A stretch of DNA of 64,000 bases from an uncultured Methanomicrobiales archaeon (GCA_963758915.1 CAVWXH010000016.1:160001-224000), one strand, 5' to 3'; counted from the stretch's first letter, positions 20,774-31,535 are shown. Notes: generated by a model from the sequence alone, not told the origin. Numbers and translations are program-made.

Positions 20774-23248
20774 ATGAAACTCCAGGAAAAAACTCTTCTT
20801 GTTTTTATCGTCCTGCTCATATCGGTCCTTGTAGTCATCAGCATATTTTTTTCCACCATACTCCTTGCAAGTTACAGCGGCCTTGAAGAGCAGTATATAG
20901 AAAAAGACCTTGGCCAGGCGGTCAGCAAACTCGACGACGAACTGTTTACCATGTCGTCTATCGTGTCTGACTGGGGGCCCTGGGATGATACGGTTGATTT
21001 TGTAAACGGAAATGATCCGGAGTACCTTAAATCAAATCTCCAGCCATATGGCTTTGATAATCTCAACCTGAACCTTATTGTTCTTACCAATACCAGGGGG
21101 GAGGTCCTCTTTTCGGGTGCATACGATCTCGGGGACAAGGTGATGGTCCCGGTTCCGGCTTTCTTTTCCGGAAAACTGGAACTCAACAATCCCCTGATGA
21201 ATATGTCGGACCCCCACCAGATAACAACGGGAATTCTGATGCTGCCTGATGATCCGATGCTTGTTGTGTCGCAACCCATTGTACATTCCGATTTTTCCGG
21301 CCCCCCCCAGGGAGTCGTGATCATGGGGCGATACCTCAACAAGGCAGAAATATCGAGGCTGGGAGAACTCACACGACCCAGTCTTACCTTCACCCGTACC
21401 GATGACCCTGCCTTATCACCAGAGCTGGTTATGCATATCCGGGAGGACAGCGGGTCGGCACCGGGAATTATTGCGCAGCTGAACAGGGATGAGGTCGCAG
21501 GATATGCTCTGATTAAGGATATTTACGGGAATGACGCGCTAGTTCTCCAGATCACTGAAGCCCGTGATATCTACCACCAGGGATTAACTACCACGATGGA
21601 GGTTTTCATGATCATAATCCTGAGCGGGGTATTCCTGGGACTTGTGGTAATTATTCTGCTGGACCGGTTGCTGCTGGAACGTATGAACTCACTGGCTGAA
21701 CAGGTCTATAAGATAGGTAAATCCGGAAGTACCACGGAGCACGTGGAGATCGGTGGGGATGACGAACTCTCCGGGCTTGCAGTTGAAATAAACCGTATGC
21801 TGGATACGATCGAACTGACGCAGGCAAAGGTCCAGGCCAGTGAGGCACGGTTTCGGGGACTTGCGGAGAACCTGCCGCTGGTCATATTCGAGATGGACAC
21901 AACTGGTCGTCTTCAGTATGTTAATAAGGCCGGTGTAGAAATATTCGGGGTTACCGAAGACAAGATCGCACAGGGTATTAATATCCGGTATTATTTATCC
22001 CCTGAAAATATCGGGATGATGGAGCGGGGGCTTACAGCAGTGCTGTCCGGCACCCGGTCTCCCGGAGAGACCTATACCTTAACACGGTCCGATGGCAGCC
22101 TGATGAAGGCCATTGTATATACATCACTCATTTACCGGGAAGAGAAGGTAACCGGTTTCAGGGGAATAGTTATTGATATATCAGGACGGCTTGAGCTGGA
22201 AGAGGCGCTAAAGGACAGCGAGGAAAAATACCGGACGCTTGCCGAAAATTCAGCAGATATCATATTCTCGCTTGATATAACGGGAACATTCACTTATATC
22301 TCCCCGCAGGTATCCCGGTACGGTTACACTCCACCTGAAATTGTAGGTAAAGGGATCCAAATGTTCATACACCCGGATGACCATGCAAAGGTCCTCGATA
22401 ATTACCACCGGGAGATGAAGGACGGCTCTTCCATCGCATCAACATTCAGGATCATAGACAAGCCGGGCGCCCTCCACTGGGTGGAGGAGAACAGCAATAT
22501 AAAATTTGATGACCAGGGAAAGCCGATGGGAATGGTTGGAATCCTCCGGGATGTGACCGACCGGATGCGGGCAGAAGATGCGATAGACCTTGCCAACAAA
22601 AAATTAAACCTGATGAATAATATTACGCGTCATGATATCCTCAATACCATCAGCGGGTTATTAGGGTGCGTGGACATGGCGAACGCTACCTCATCTCCCG
22701 AAGAAAAGACCCGGCTGCTCAATGATATCAGGGACCTCACCCGCATCATTCAGCGCCAGATTGAATTTACCAGGGAATACCAGGAAGTCGGGGTCCACCT
22801 GCCGTTATGGCAGAATGTTCAAAAGGTGATCGACAAGGTTTTGCAGAATTTCGAAAAAACCGACCTTCATTTTTCGATCAATTCCGAGGATATGGAGATC
22901 TATGCGGATCCCCTGCTGGAGAAGGTGTTCTACAACCTGGTTGATAATGCAAAAAGGTACGGGGAGACTATCACGACCATAAGGATATCCACCCAGGCTT
23001 CCGGGAAAGGTACCCTGTTGATTTTCGCGGACGATGGCATAGGAATACCCGTTGATCAAAAAATCCGTATTTTCGAGCGGGGCGTGGGAAGGAATACGGG
23101 TATGGGATTGTTCCTCACCCGGGAGATACTCTCCATTACGGGCATTACGATTAAGGAAAACGGTGTTCCTGGGAAAGGGGCACGCTTCGAAATCTTGATC
23201 CCATGGGGTACATTCAGGTCTGTCAGTGACAGATTGCCACATGGTTAA
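20774..23248 (+). CDS. Membrane sensor histidine kinase (CHASE4-HAMP-PAS-PAS-HisKA-HATPase)
   Basis: TM, DWGPWDDT CHASE4 motif, DELSGLA HAMP, two PAS domains, ITRHDILN H-box, NLVDNA, DDGIGI, TGMGL. Confidence 0.92.
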   Translation: MKLQEKTLLVFIVLLISVLVVISIFFSTILLASYSGLEEQYIEKDLGQAVSKLDDELFTMSSIVSDWGPWDDTVDFVNGNDPEYLKSNLQPYGFDNLNLNLIVLTNTRGEVLFSGAYDLGDKVMVPVPAFFSGKLELNNPLMNMSDPHQITTGILMLPDDPMLVVSQPIVHSDFSGPPQGVVIMGRYLNKAEISRLGELTRPSLTFTRTDDPALSPELVMHIREDSGSAPGIIAQLNRDEVAGYALIKDIYGNDALVLQITEARDIYHQGLTTTMEVFMIIILSGVFLGLVVIILLDRLLLERMNSLAEQVYKIGKSGSTTEHVEIGGDDELSGLAVEINRMLDTIELTQAKVQASEARFRGLAENLPLVIFEMDTTGRLQYVNKAGVEIFGVTEDKIAQGINIRYYLSPENIGMMERGLTAVLSGTRSPGETYTLTRSDGSLMKAIVYTSLIYREEKVTGFRGIVIDISGRLELEEALKDSEEKYRTLAENSADIIFSLDITGTFTYISPQVSRYGYTPPEIVGKGIQMFIHPDDHAKVLDNYHREMKDGSSIASTFRIIDKPGALHWVEENSNIKFDDQGKPMGMVGILRDVTDRMRAEDAIDLANKKLNLMNNITRHDILNTISGLLGCVDMANATSSPEEKTRLLNDIRDLTRIIQRQIEFTREYQEVGVHLPLWQNVQKVIDKVLQNFEKTDLHFSINSEDMEIYADPLLEKVFYNLVDNAKRYGETITTIRISTQASGKGTLLIFADDGIGIPVDQKIRIFERGVGRNTGMGLFLTREILSITGITIKENGVPGKGARFEILIPWGTFRSVSDRLPHG

Positions 23249-23293
23249 ACATATGAGATCACCAAACAACATCATGTAGTATCATCCGGTGAA

Positions 23294-23665
23294 ATGATGG
23301 TTGAAAAATCGATACTTCTTGTTGAAGATGACGATATTATCGCCCGGGTTGCTGACTGGCGGTTGAAAAACCTTGGATATTCTGTATGCGGGCGTGCCAC
23401 AACGGGTGCAGAGGCGATGGAACTGGTGGGGAAGCATAAACCCGACATTGTCCTGATGGACATCAACCTGAAAGGCGACATCGATGGGATTGAGACTGCA
23501 GGGATGATCAAGCAGGGTTTTAACATCCCCGTGATATACGTGACTTCACATTCGGATGGTATCACGCTTGAAAGGGCGAAAGCAACGAACCCTGACGGAT
23601 TTATTGTTAAACCTTTCGATGATACCGACCTTCGCGTGGCAATTGAACTTGCACTGAAAAAATAA
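23294..23665 (+). CDS. Stand-alone response regulator (receiver domain)
   Basis: LVEDD, LMDINL, DGIE, VKPF. Confidence 0.93.
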   Translation: MMVEKSILLVEDDDIIARVADWRLKNLGYSVCGRATTGAEAMELVGKHKPDIVLMDINLKGDIDGIETAGMIKQGFNIPVIYVTSHSDGITLERAKATNPDGFIVKPFDDTDLRVAIELALKK

Positions 23666-23734
23666 TGGATCGAAAACACGTTTCCGGCAAGATAACACAC
23701 AATAGCTTCCGACAAGCGCTATTGGAGAAAAGGA

Positions 23735-23758
23735 TGGTGCCCCGGCCGGGATTTAACC
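23735..23758 (-). other. tRNA-Glu-like 3'-end fragment with CCA (att-site-like remnant)
   Basis: Reverse complement GGTTAAATCCCGGCCGGGGCACCA resembles T-arm + acceptor + CCA, with one base missing from GTTCAAATC. Confidence 0.6.
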
Positions 23759-23906
23759 TGATTAACTGATTTTCCTGGTCCGGTTATAAAACCTGCGCTT
23801 TTCTTTCTGTTTCAACAAAGTGTGCTGTGAGCCTTTGTCTCACAGATGAACATGAAAAGGTTGCCTTTCAGATGTTTTAACGGAGTTTTTCATACCAACC
23901 AGTATG

Positions 23907-24116
23907 TTACTTAGTTTTTCCCCACATCTCACGAATTAAAAATACCAGAAGGATAACTGAAACCCCGAGCACTGTAAGGGTGATAAACAGACTGATCCAT
24001 GACATAATTCCCTGTCGATAAATAAATGCCGACCAGAGAAACGCTACAAGTGATATAAGGGAATAAAAAATCAACCCCCTATTGTCGATTACGGCCATAG
24101 GAGATTGTTGTATCAA
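23907..24116 (-). CDS. Small hypothetical membrane protein (2 TM)
   Basis: Two hydrophobic helices and a basic C-terminus; GGAGG upstream; start uncertain. Confidence 0.55.
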   Translation of the reverse strand: MIQQSPMAVIDNRGLIFYSLISLVAFLWSAFIYRQGIMSWISLFITLTVLGVSVILLVFLIREMWGKTK

Positions 24117-24280
24117 CCAGGGTTATTATATGTTTCCTCCCGAAAAAACCAGGATTCCATTGAAAATAATGTACATACAGAAAATAAAATAGTACGGTGG
24201 CAAACCATAGTGTCCCGACCTGAATTTGTAGAAACTCAAGATATCAATTTTTTAAAAAAAATCCAAGCTTGAGTGATGGA

Positions 24281-24355
24281 TGCTGCTATGGGGATTCGAA
24301 CCCCAGTCGCGAGCGTGAGAGGCTCGCATGATTGGCCGGACTACACTATAGCAGC
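24281..24355 (-). tRNA. tRNA-Glu (anticodon CTC)
   Basis: GCTGCTA/TAGCAGC acceptor, GCGAGC-CT-CTC-AC-GCTCGC anticodon arm, GTTCGAATC T-loop. Confidence 0.95.
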
Positions 24356-24533
24356 AATGTATGAATAACTGCCCAGATACATGGGTAGTGTTGTTACTTA
24401 AATATGTCTGTTATTCGTCGTTTCTCGCACACCCGGCCAGTTTTCCTGGTTAAATTCTCCTAAATGTTTCAGGTCCTCCTGCAATTCCTATACCCACAAC
24501 TATATGTGAATGATCCGGCCAATGATAGAAAGA

Positions 24534-25646
24534 ATGAGTGGCCTCGAAGATCAGATCAAGGAACTGGAGGATGAGCTCCAGAAGACACCTTATAACAAGG
24601 CCACATCCAAGCATATCGGCCGGGTAAAGGCCAAGATAGCAAGATTACGGGACGACGCCGTCAACCGGGCGATGAAGTCCGGGGGTGGCGGTGAAGGGTA
24701 CTCGGTTAAAAAATCCGGGGATGCAACTGTTGTCCTTGTCGGATTCCCTTCAACCGGTAAGAGTACCCTTCTTAACCAGCTCACCGGTGCGGAGAGCGCA
24801 GTCGGTGCCTATGAATTTACCACGCTTACTGTCGTCCCGGGTGCGATGGAATACAAGGGAGCAAAAATCCAGATCCTTGATATCCCGGGGCTTATCGCCG
24901 GGGCTGCGATGGGAAAAGGCCGTGGAAAGGAAGTAATCGGCGTTGTACGAAGTGCAGATATGATAGTGGTCCTTGTTGATGTCTTTAACCAGGGTCATGT
25001 CGACGTACTTATGAAAGAGCTCTATGATGCCGGTATCCGGATAAATAAGCCCAGGCCCGATATCACGATCAAGAAGACCTCACACGGGGGTATCCGGGTC
25101 CACAAGGTCGGTACCCTGGAACTTAATATTGAAGAAATCCGGGCTATCCTGAGCGAGAGTAAAATCATGAACGCGGATATCCTCATCAGGGGAGGTGCCA
25201 CGCAGGAAGACCTGATTGATGAGGTAATGGGTAGTCGTGTATATGTTCCCGCATTTATTGCCGTCAATAAAGTTGACCTGATAGATAACGAACAGGCAGG
25301 TGAGATAGAGGTTACTCTTGAGGAACGTTTCTCGATGCCACCGGTCATGATCTCCGCCCACACCGGCTATCACATGGAAGAATTGAAAGAGGAGATCTAC
25401 CAGAAACTCGGGTTTATGAGGCTCTACCTCCGTCCCCAGGGTGAGGAGGCCGATCTCGAAGAACCCCTTATCATCCGGTCAGGCAGCACGGTTGAAGCCG
25501 TATGCAGGAAACTGCACCGGGACTTTGTCGACCGTTTCAGGTATGCCCGCGTCTGGGGTGATCACGTAAAGCACCCCGGGCAACGGATTGGGCTTCCCTA
25601 TAAACTCCATGACGGGGATATCCTCTCGATAATCATCGAGCATTAA
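24534..25646 (+). CDS. DRG/OBG family GTPase with TGS domain
   Basis: YNKATSKH, GFPSTGKS, YEFTT, DIPG, NKVD, C-terminal TGS. Confidence 0.94.
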   Translation: MSGLEDQIKELEDELQKTPYNKATSKHIGRVKAKIARLRDDAVNRAMKSGGGGEGYSVKKSGDATVVLVGFPSTGKSTLLNQLTGAESAVGAYEFTTLTVVPGAMEYKGAKIQILDIPGLIAGAAMGKGRGKEVIGVVRSADMIVVLVDVFNQGHVDVLMKELYDAGIRINKPRPDITIKKTSHGGIRVHKVGTLELNIEEIRAILSESKIMNADILIRGGATQEDLIDEVMGSRVYVPAFIAVNKVDLIDNEQAGEIEVTLEERFSMPPVMISAHTGYHMEELKEEIYQKLGFMRLYLRPQGEEADLEEPLIIRSGSTVEAVCRKLHRDFVDRFRYARVWGDHVKHPGQRIGLPYKLHDGDILSIIIEH

Positions 25647-25736
25647 TAAAAAAATGTTCCGATAAACAATATGCCGGTTCCTGGTCTTTTTTCCGAATAG
25701 AACAGGCCGGAAACCAATCCGGGCAAGTAACTGTTT

Positions 25737-26858
25737 TCAGCATTCCCCTTTTACCGCTTCAAGAAGCCTGGGCAGCGGTGCGGTTGTTTTTACACCGGTG
25801 CCAAGATAATGACACCTGGTAGCGGGAAATCCCATATCATGTATTCTTCCGAGCAGTTCATCCATCGGGGGTGGCGAGCGTCGCTCACGTTTCGCAAGCT
25901 GGTGGTAGTCGTAAAAACCTGCCGTTGGAAGTTCATTCCTGCAGAGTGAAAGCAGTACAGCCAGTTCCCGTGAAGTGGCAAGTTTAAGAAGTGGAAGCTT
26001 TTCAATCATGGCATCGAGGTGCGAATCTGACTGGATCCCCCCCAGCCATAACGGGCCGACCGGAATGAGGCGGGCACCGCAATATTCGCATACCTCATTC
26101 TGTGGCAGCATTCCATGTTGTTCAGTGCGGGAAGGGCATTTTTGGCACTGCAGGATGTACCCGATCGATGAAAGGGTCCGTTCAGCCGCGGGTGCACCTC
26201 TCCTGACCTGCAGGTGCAGCCGGACAAAATGCTCATGGGCAAAGCAGAACTGCGGGACAAGTCCCATATCATATTTCAATGCCTCCCGAACGACGAATCC
26301 AAGGAGTATGCGAAGGCCGGTCTCGCTATGGTACTCGTTGTTCAATGGCTGCGCAAAATATCGCCGCATACCCGCTTTTTTATGAGCGCCGCAGAGTGGG
26401 GCGGTATCAGTCGCCGTGACCATGAGGAAACGGCGTGCACTCCGGATCGCAGCATCAATAAATGGTGCCGGAGTCCCAAATGGGTCAAGGTCGACGGCAT
26501 CAAACCTCTGGCCTGACAGGAGCACATTCACATCGCTTTTTGTCACGGTGACGTTTTCAAGGCCTGAATGGAGAACATTTGTCCGGATCAAGTCAACCGC
26601 ACGTGTATCACGGTCATTGATAGTGACATTAATTCCGCATTCCTGCGCAACCCGGAGCCCCCTGACACCGGTTGCACCCATGGTATCGATATAATCCTCA
26701 GGGTGTACTACCTGGAGCAGGAGTACTGTGGCATCGCGGTTGAGCTCCATGCGCCGGTTATAAAAAACAGGTGCGGTGCCGGGAGGGAAGGCGGAATCTT
26801 CGTCCTGCCCGGGGATAAAAAAACATGTACTCCCCTCTACGGCCTCTATTAATTGCAT
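25737..26858 (-). CDS. trm1: tRNA (guanine26-N2)-dimethyltransferase
   Basis: VFYNRRMELNRD, ATGVRGLR, DLDPFGTP, TATD, Zn-finger CxxC..CxxC, GPLWLG. Confidence 0.95.
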   Translation of the reverse strand: MQLIEAVEGSTCFFIPGQDEDSAFPPGTAPVFYNRRMELNRDATVLLLQVVHPEDYIDTMGATGVRGLRVAQECGINVTINDRDTRAVDLIRTNVLHSGLENVTVTKSDVNVLLSGQRFDAVDLDPFGTPAPFIDAAIRSARRFLMVTATDTAPLCGAHKKAGMRRYFAQPLNNEYHSETGLRILLGFVVREALKYDMGLVPQFCFAHEHFVRLHLQVRRGAPAAERTLSSIGYILQCQKCPSRTEQHGMLPQNEVCEYCGARLIPVGPLWLGGIQSDSHLDAMIEKLPLLKLATSRELAVLLSLCRNELPTAGFYDYHQLAKRERRSPPPMDELLGRIHDMGFPATRCHYLGTGVKTTAPLPRLLEAVKGEC

Positions 26859-26920
26859 AATCCCTAGTATCATGAGTTTCGTTAACCTTATACCTATCCC
26901 TTGTCAATTCATATAGGCGA

Positions 26921-26995
26921 GGGCGTGTGGCTTAGCCCGGACATAGCGTCAGCCTCCTAAGCTGAATGCCGGGGGTTCAAATCCCCCCACGCCCG
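26921..26995 (+). tRNA. tRNA-Arg (anticodon CCT)
   Basis: GGGCGTG/CACGCCC acceptor, TCAGC-CT-CCT-AA-GCTGA anticodon arm, GTTCAAATC T-loop. Confidence 0.95.
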
Positions 26996-27054
26996 TTTTT
27001 CATAAAAAATTTACTTCATCACCTTAATACGGCAGTCCGGAGAAGATCTTCACT

Positions 27055-27900
27055 ATGACAATTATGGGTTACTGGCGAATTATCAGGCCGGTAAATTCTA
27101 TTGTTGCTGGTCTTGCCGCTGCGCTTGCCTACCTGATTGCAACCGGGACCCTCATCCCGTCAGTAATCTTCCTGATTGTCATTGTAATCCTGATTACCGG
27201 AGCCGGAAACACCATTAACGATTATTTTGACCTCCCGATTGACATGGTCAACCGCCCTGACAGGCCTCTCCCATCAGGGACCGTTACCACTTCAGGTGCC
27301 CTCATTTTTGCCGGTATCCTGTTCACCGGGGGGATCTTTGTCAGTTTTTTTACGAACCCCTACTGTGCTTTTTTTGCAGTCATTAATTCGCTCCTGCTTA
27401 TCGCATATGCGAAAAAACTAAAAAGTACACCGCTTATCGGCAACCTGTCAGTCGCGTATCTCGCCGGGAGTATTTTTCTCTTTGGTGGTGCGTTCGCGGG
27501 TATATCGGGTCTTATAAACAACATGGTTATCGCGTTGATTACGATCTTTGCAATGCTTTCCAGGGAGCTCCTGAAGGATGCGGAAGATCTGCCCGGAGAT
27601 ATCGGAGCGGGAGCAAAAACATTTCCTGTCCTGTACGGTATACGCTTTACTGCCTGTCTCTCCATTATTTTTACGATTCTCGCGGTAGCAGTCAGTTTTC
27701 TTCCCTATACCCGGTGGGGTGCCTGGTACCTTGCGGGTATCATTCCTGTGGATGTCATCATCCTTTATAGTGCATGGAGGGCCTCAGGGTGCAGGGATCC
27801 TGAATGTGTAAAAGAAAGCAGTGCAACGATTTACCTGAAATACGGTATGTTTGCCTCGCTTATCGTGTTTACCCTGGCTGCACTTTTATTACAGGGATAA
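27055..27900 (+). CDS. Digeranylgeranylglyceryl phosphate synthase (UbiA prenyltransferase)
   Basis: NDYFDLPIDMVNRPDRPLPSG and RELLKDAEDLPGD motifs, multiple TMs. Confidence 0.92.
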   Translation: MTIMGYWRIIRPVNSIVAGLAAALAYLIATGTLIPSVIFLIVIVILITGAGNTINDYFDLPIDMVNRPDRPLPSGTVTTSGALIFAGILFTGGIFVSFFTNPYCAFFAVINSLLLIAYAKKLKSTPLIGNLSVAYLAGSIFLFGGAFAGISGLINNMVIALITIFAMLSRELLKDAEDLPGDIGAGAKTFPVLYGIRFTACLSIIFTILAVAVSFLPYTRWGAWYLAGIIPVDVIILYSAWRASGCRDPECVKESSATIYLKYGMFASLIVFTLAALLLQG

Positions 27901-28119
27901 AAAAAAGTAAAATGTTTTGGAATGTTTAGCACGGTCCCGGCTCTCTCAAGGTCGTGATAGTTACGTGACATTACCGGTGAAAACTGGCAGTTCAGGTCAC
28001 GATACGGGATTCACCTGAATTTTCTGTCCCCTCGTATTTCCCGCACGACAGGATGATTATTCGTGATTGATTGGGAAGATACCCGGTATGCGGGAAAACA
28101 TGGCAATTAAGGAAAAAAT

Positions 28120-28307
28120 TGCACTGCTGACATCACGTATTATTTTTTAAAAATAAGCGGAGGCCATTGACCGGAGGGGGTTTCAGCCTGTCCCGTCCCA
28201 CACCCGGGAAAGAGATTTTCCTGGCAGGGCTCATCCTAATTTTCAGTGATTAATGAACCGTCGCTATCCGGGCAGGACCGCCAAAGCGGCTGGGTGAAGA
28301 CCCGGGA
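28120..28307 (+). repeat. Dispersed intergenic repeat, copy 5
   Basis: GACCGGAGGGGGTTTCA, AATTTTCAG, GCTATCCGGGCAGG..AGCGGCTGGG blocks. Confidence 0.75.
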
Positions 28308-28458
28308 GCGTGCGTGACATATCTGGCCTTCTGAAAATCAATACCGTGGCGTAGAAAGGATATCAACAAAGCGTGCTATGAGCATTTGGCTCAGAGATGA
28401 ACATGAATAAGGTGGCATTCTCAGAATGTTCAGCCGGAATTTCATATCAGCCAAAAAA

Positions 28459-29208
28459 TCAGAAATGATCGAGCGTATGGTACCAGGGGGATGCCTTCAC
28501 CTCATCAGGGACCGATGCGGGGTCAATGCCCATCAGTGCCACGCCAAAGACATCATCCCAGTTCACCGACGTCTCGACACATCCTTCACGTTCTGTCACA
28601 ACACCGAGGGCCACCAGGCCAAGCTTATCTGACATATCCAGGCCTTCCTTCACTTCAGAGAGACAGCCGACACCGATTATAGCCCTCGGGCGATACTTCT
28701 TCACCATACGCTTGATAAATGAGGACCCCGGGACAATAAAGAGCCTGTACCCGAGCAATTCAAGCATCCGGATCGCATCGGTAACCGTACATTGCCCGCA
28801 GTTGATGCATTTCAGTCCCTCTGGTGTGAGATTTGCAGGGCATTTTGCAGACCTCAGGCATTGTGGAAAGAATATTGCCCGTTCCCCTACCGGGATTGTT
28901 TCAAAAGCTTTCCTGCTCATGGTGTTATGGACCCGGATAAAAAATGTCATCATTTCCCTGTCTTCAATACCAAAAAGGCTGAACAGTGCCCTGGAGAACC
29001 CCTCGACCAGTACCATTCCCGCCTTTAAAAACCCCGGGAAAATTAGTTTGCCTTTCCTGATGGAATAAAATGTGAGGGCAACAAGGAAAAGTGCGAGACA
29101 AAACAGCCCGATGAGTACGATAACTGTGATCTCTCCGATTATGAATATCAGGCTTGAAAGGAGTGAATAATCCATTGGTTCAGAGTAAAATGCTTGAAAT
29201 CTGATCAC
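28459..29208 (-). CDS. DUF116 domain protein
   Basis: PQCLR..CPA...CINCGQC, VPGSS, GVGC pattern with N-terminal TM; start may be 29175. Confidence 0.85.
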   Translation of the reverse strand: MIRFQAFYSEPMDYSLLSSLIFIIGEITVIVLIGLFCLALFLVALTFYSIRKGKLIFPGFLKAGMVLVEGFSRALFSLFGIEDREMMTFFIRVHNTMSRKAFETIPVGERAIFFPQCLRSAKCPANLTPEGLKCINCGQCTVTDAIRMLELLGYRLFIVPGSSFIKRMVKKYRPRAIIGVGCLSEVKEGLDMSDKLGLVALGVVTEREGCVETSVNWDDVFGVALMGIDPASVPDEVKASPWYHTLDHF

Positions 29209-30257
29209 CTTGACGCTCTGTTTTCTGCGGGTTCCATTACCTGCCGGATTTCATATGGTGCGGAAAGGATACCCGTTTCAGTGATGATCGCGCTCACCAG
29301 TGCCAGTGGTGTCGCGTCAAATCCCGGGTTCTTCACCGGCACTCCTTCAGGGATTGTTTCCCGGCCATAAAATGATGCCACTTCGTCCCGCCCACGTTGC
29401 TCGACAATAATATCCTGTTCCATCCCGTTGAAGTCAAACGTGGAAACCGGAGCCGCGACATAAAAGGGAATGGCATGGTATTTTGCACATACTGCATGCA
29501 TATAGGTCCCGATTTTATTGAAAACCGCATCCCGTGTAATCCGGTCAGCACCGACAATTACACTCCCGATCTCGCCTTTCCGCATTAACTGGGCTGCCAT
29601 GGAGTCGGTAATCACGGTTACATCGATACCATCGCGGTCCAGTTCCCATGCAGTAAGGCGTGCGCCCTGAAGAAGGGGTCTGGTCTCGCAGGCGATAACC
29701 CTGATATCTTTACCTGCCTCAACTGCTGAGCGGATGACTCCGAGGGCAGTCCCCCACTCGCTGCATGCAAGGGCACCAGCATTGCAATGCGTGAGGACGG
29801 TACAGCGGTCAGGTAACAATGCCGCACCCAGTTGTCCAATCCTGCGACAGATTATCGCATCTTCACGGGCAACAGCGAGCGCTTCGGAGAGTGCTGCCTC
29901 CTTCGCTTCATAGACTGATCCCGTAGAGATCATGCTGCTGAGCACCCGTTGTATCCCCCAGGAGAGGTTCACTGCGGTCGGTCGCGTAGATGCGAGCCGG
30001 CTGGCATCTGCCTGCACCTGGCTGAAAAACTGCTCGAATGCGGTCTCTCCCGATCGTCTTGCGGCCAGGGCGACCCCCAAAGCACCGGCTACACCTAACG
30101 CCGGTGCTCCACGTATTGCAAGGGTTTTAATCGCAATTCCAAGTTCTGTAATGCTCGTGCATCTTGCGATCTCAAACGATACCGGGAGCCGTGTCTCATC
30201 AATATAGGCAATGCAATCAGTATCCGCTTCATACCACAGGGTTTTTAATTGTTCCAT
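29205..30257 (-). CDS. mtnA: Methylthioribose-1-phosphate isomerase (eIF-2B alpha-like)
   Basis: IRGAPALG, RPTAVNL, LTHCNAGALA, ETRPLLQGARLT, GADRI, NKIGTY, FDATP. Confidence 0.92.
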   Translation of the reverse strand: MEQLKTLWYEADTDCIAYIDETRLPVSFEIARCTSITELGIAIKTLAIRGAPALGVAGALGVALAARRSGETAFEQFFSQVQADASRLASTRPTAVNLSWGIQRVLSSMISTGSVYEAKEAALSEALAVAREDAIICRRIGQLGAALLPDRCTVLTHCNAGALACSEWGTALGVIRSAVEAGKDIRVIACETRPLLQGARLTAWELDRDGIDVTVITDSMAAQLMRKGEIGSVIVGADRITRDAVFNKIGTYMHAVCAKYHAIPFYVAAPVSTFDFNGMEQDIIVEQRGRDEVASFYGRETIPEGVPVKNPGFDATPLALVSAIITETGILSAPYEIRQVMEPAENRASR

Positions 30258-30263
30258 AGTCCG

Positions 30264-31535
30264 TTAGTCCCGGATTGATCCTATAAAGGAACGCATTGCC
30301 GCGGCTCCTGCGACAGCTACACAGTCCGGGATATCCTTCGGGGCTACCGAGGTCCCTGCGATGTAGATGCCCGGCCGGCTGGTCTCAACGATCCCTGTTT
30401 TCTCATCAAGAGACTTGAAGAAACCCGATGTATCCCGTGATATACCCAACTTTTCCGCGATTTCACCAGCTTGTAATGATGGACTGATACCCACAGCGAG
30501 GACAACCAGTTCCGGTTTTAAGTCTTTCAACTCCCCAGTCTCACTGTCCTCAACAATAAGTGACATGTCCCCTTTATCGCCACTGACTTCGCCCGGAATA
30601 CCGCGAAGGAACTGTACTCCTGCTGCCTCTGCCCTTTCACGAAATTCCTCGTAACCTTTACCATATGCCCGGATATCCATGTAACAGATTGTCACATCGG
30701 TATCCGGGGATTTCTCCTTTATAAGGATTGCATTCTTGATCGACGCCATGCAACAGACACATGAACACCATGGCCGGTTGATCGACATATCGCGTGATCC
30801 GACACACTGGATAAACACCACACGTTCCGGTTTTCTTCCATCTGAGAAGCGCCTGATCTGACCGCCGGTCGGACCGCTTGCATTCATCATCCTCTCGAGT
30901 TCCAGGGTTGTTATGACGTCCGGAAATTCCAGGTAACGGAGTTGTTTCTTAACTCCGGGGTCAAATGTCGAATATCCTGTGGCAACTATAATGCTACCGG
31001 CATGGACCTCGATAACAACCGGGTCATCTTTTTTCTTCACCGCATCAAGCAGGCATGCATCATAACAGAGCCCGCATTCCACACAGTGAACCGGGTCTTT
31101 TACGACGAGGTCAGGGGCTGACTGAGGATTTGGTTTATAAATTGCTTTCCGTGTCCCAACCCCTGCATCAAACTCATTGTATATTTCCACGGGGCAGATC
31201 TGGATGCAGTCACCGCAACCATTGCACAGGTCTTCGTGTATATAACGGGGGTTTTTCCTGATTAGTACCCTGAAATTCCCTTCTGATCCTTCAACGCGTT
31301 CAACTTCTGAAAGGGTATAGACCCTGATATTCGGGTGCCTGATTACGTCCACCATTTTTGGGGAGAGGATACACATCGCGCAGTCGTTCGTAGGAAATGT
31401 TTTGTCTAACTGGGACATGTGGCCGCCGATTGATGGCTGGCATTCTACGAGATGAACAATAATACCATGATTGGCAAGGTCAAGGGAAGCCTGGATCCCT
31501 GTCACCCCGCCCCCGATAACGACCACGTCATGCAT
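30264..31535 (-). CDS. HdrA-like flavin/Fe-S protein (short; core plus inserted ferredoxin only)
   Basis: VIGGGVTG, LDKTFPTNDCAMCIL, two CxxCxxCxxxC, QCVGSRD, CSCVCC, RAYGKGYEEF, PKDIPD. Confidence 0.9.
   Translation of the reverse strand: MHDVVVIGGGVTGIQASLDLANHGIIVHLVECQPSIGGHMSQLDKTFPTNDCAMCILSPKMVDVIRHPNIRVYTLSEVERVEGSEGNFRVLIRKNPRYIHEDLCNGCGDCIQICPVEIYNEFDAGVGTRKAIYKPNPQSAPDLVVKDPVHCVECGLCYDACLLDAVKKKDDPVVIEVHAGSIIVATGYSTFDPGVKKQLRYLEFPDVITTLELERMMNASGPTGGQIRRFSDGRKPERVVFIQCVGSRDMSINRPWCSCVCCMASIKNAILIKEKSPDTDVTICYMDIRAYGKGYEEFRERAEAAGVQFLRGIPGEVSGDKGDMSLIVEDSETGELKDLKPELVVLAVGISPSLQAGEIAEKLGISRDTSGFFKSLDEKTGIVETSRPGIYIAGTSVAPKDIPDCVAVAGAAAMRSFIGSIRD

Noticed and set aside
18003-27987. 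Shared 15-mer ACCGGTGAAAACTGG at 18003-18017 and 27973-27987
   Set aside because: Both are intergenic, but I could not extend the match convincingly; possibly a second repeat family, unsupported for now
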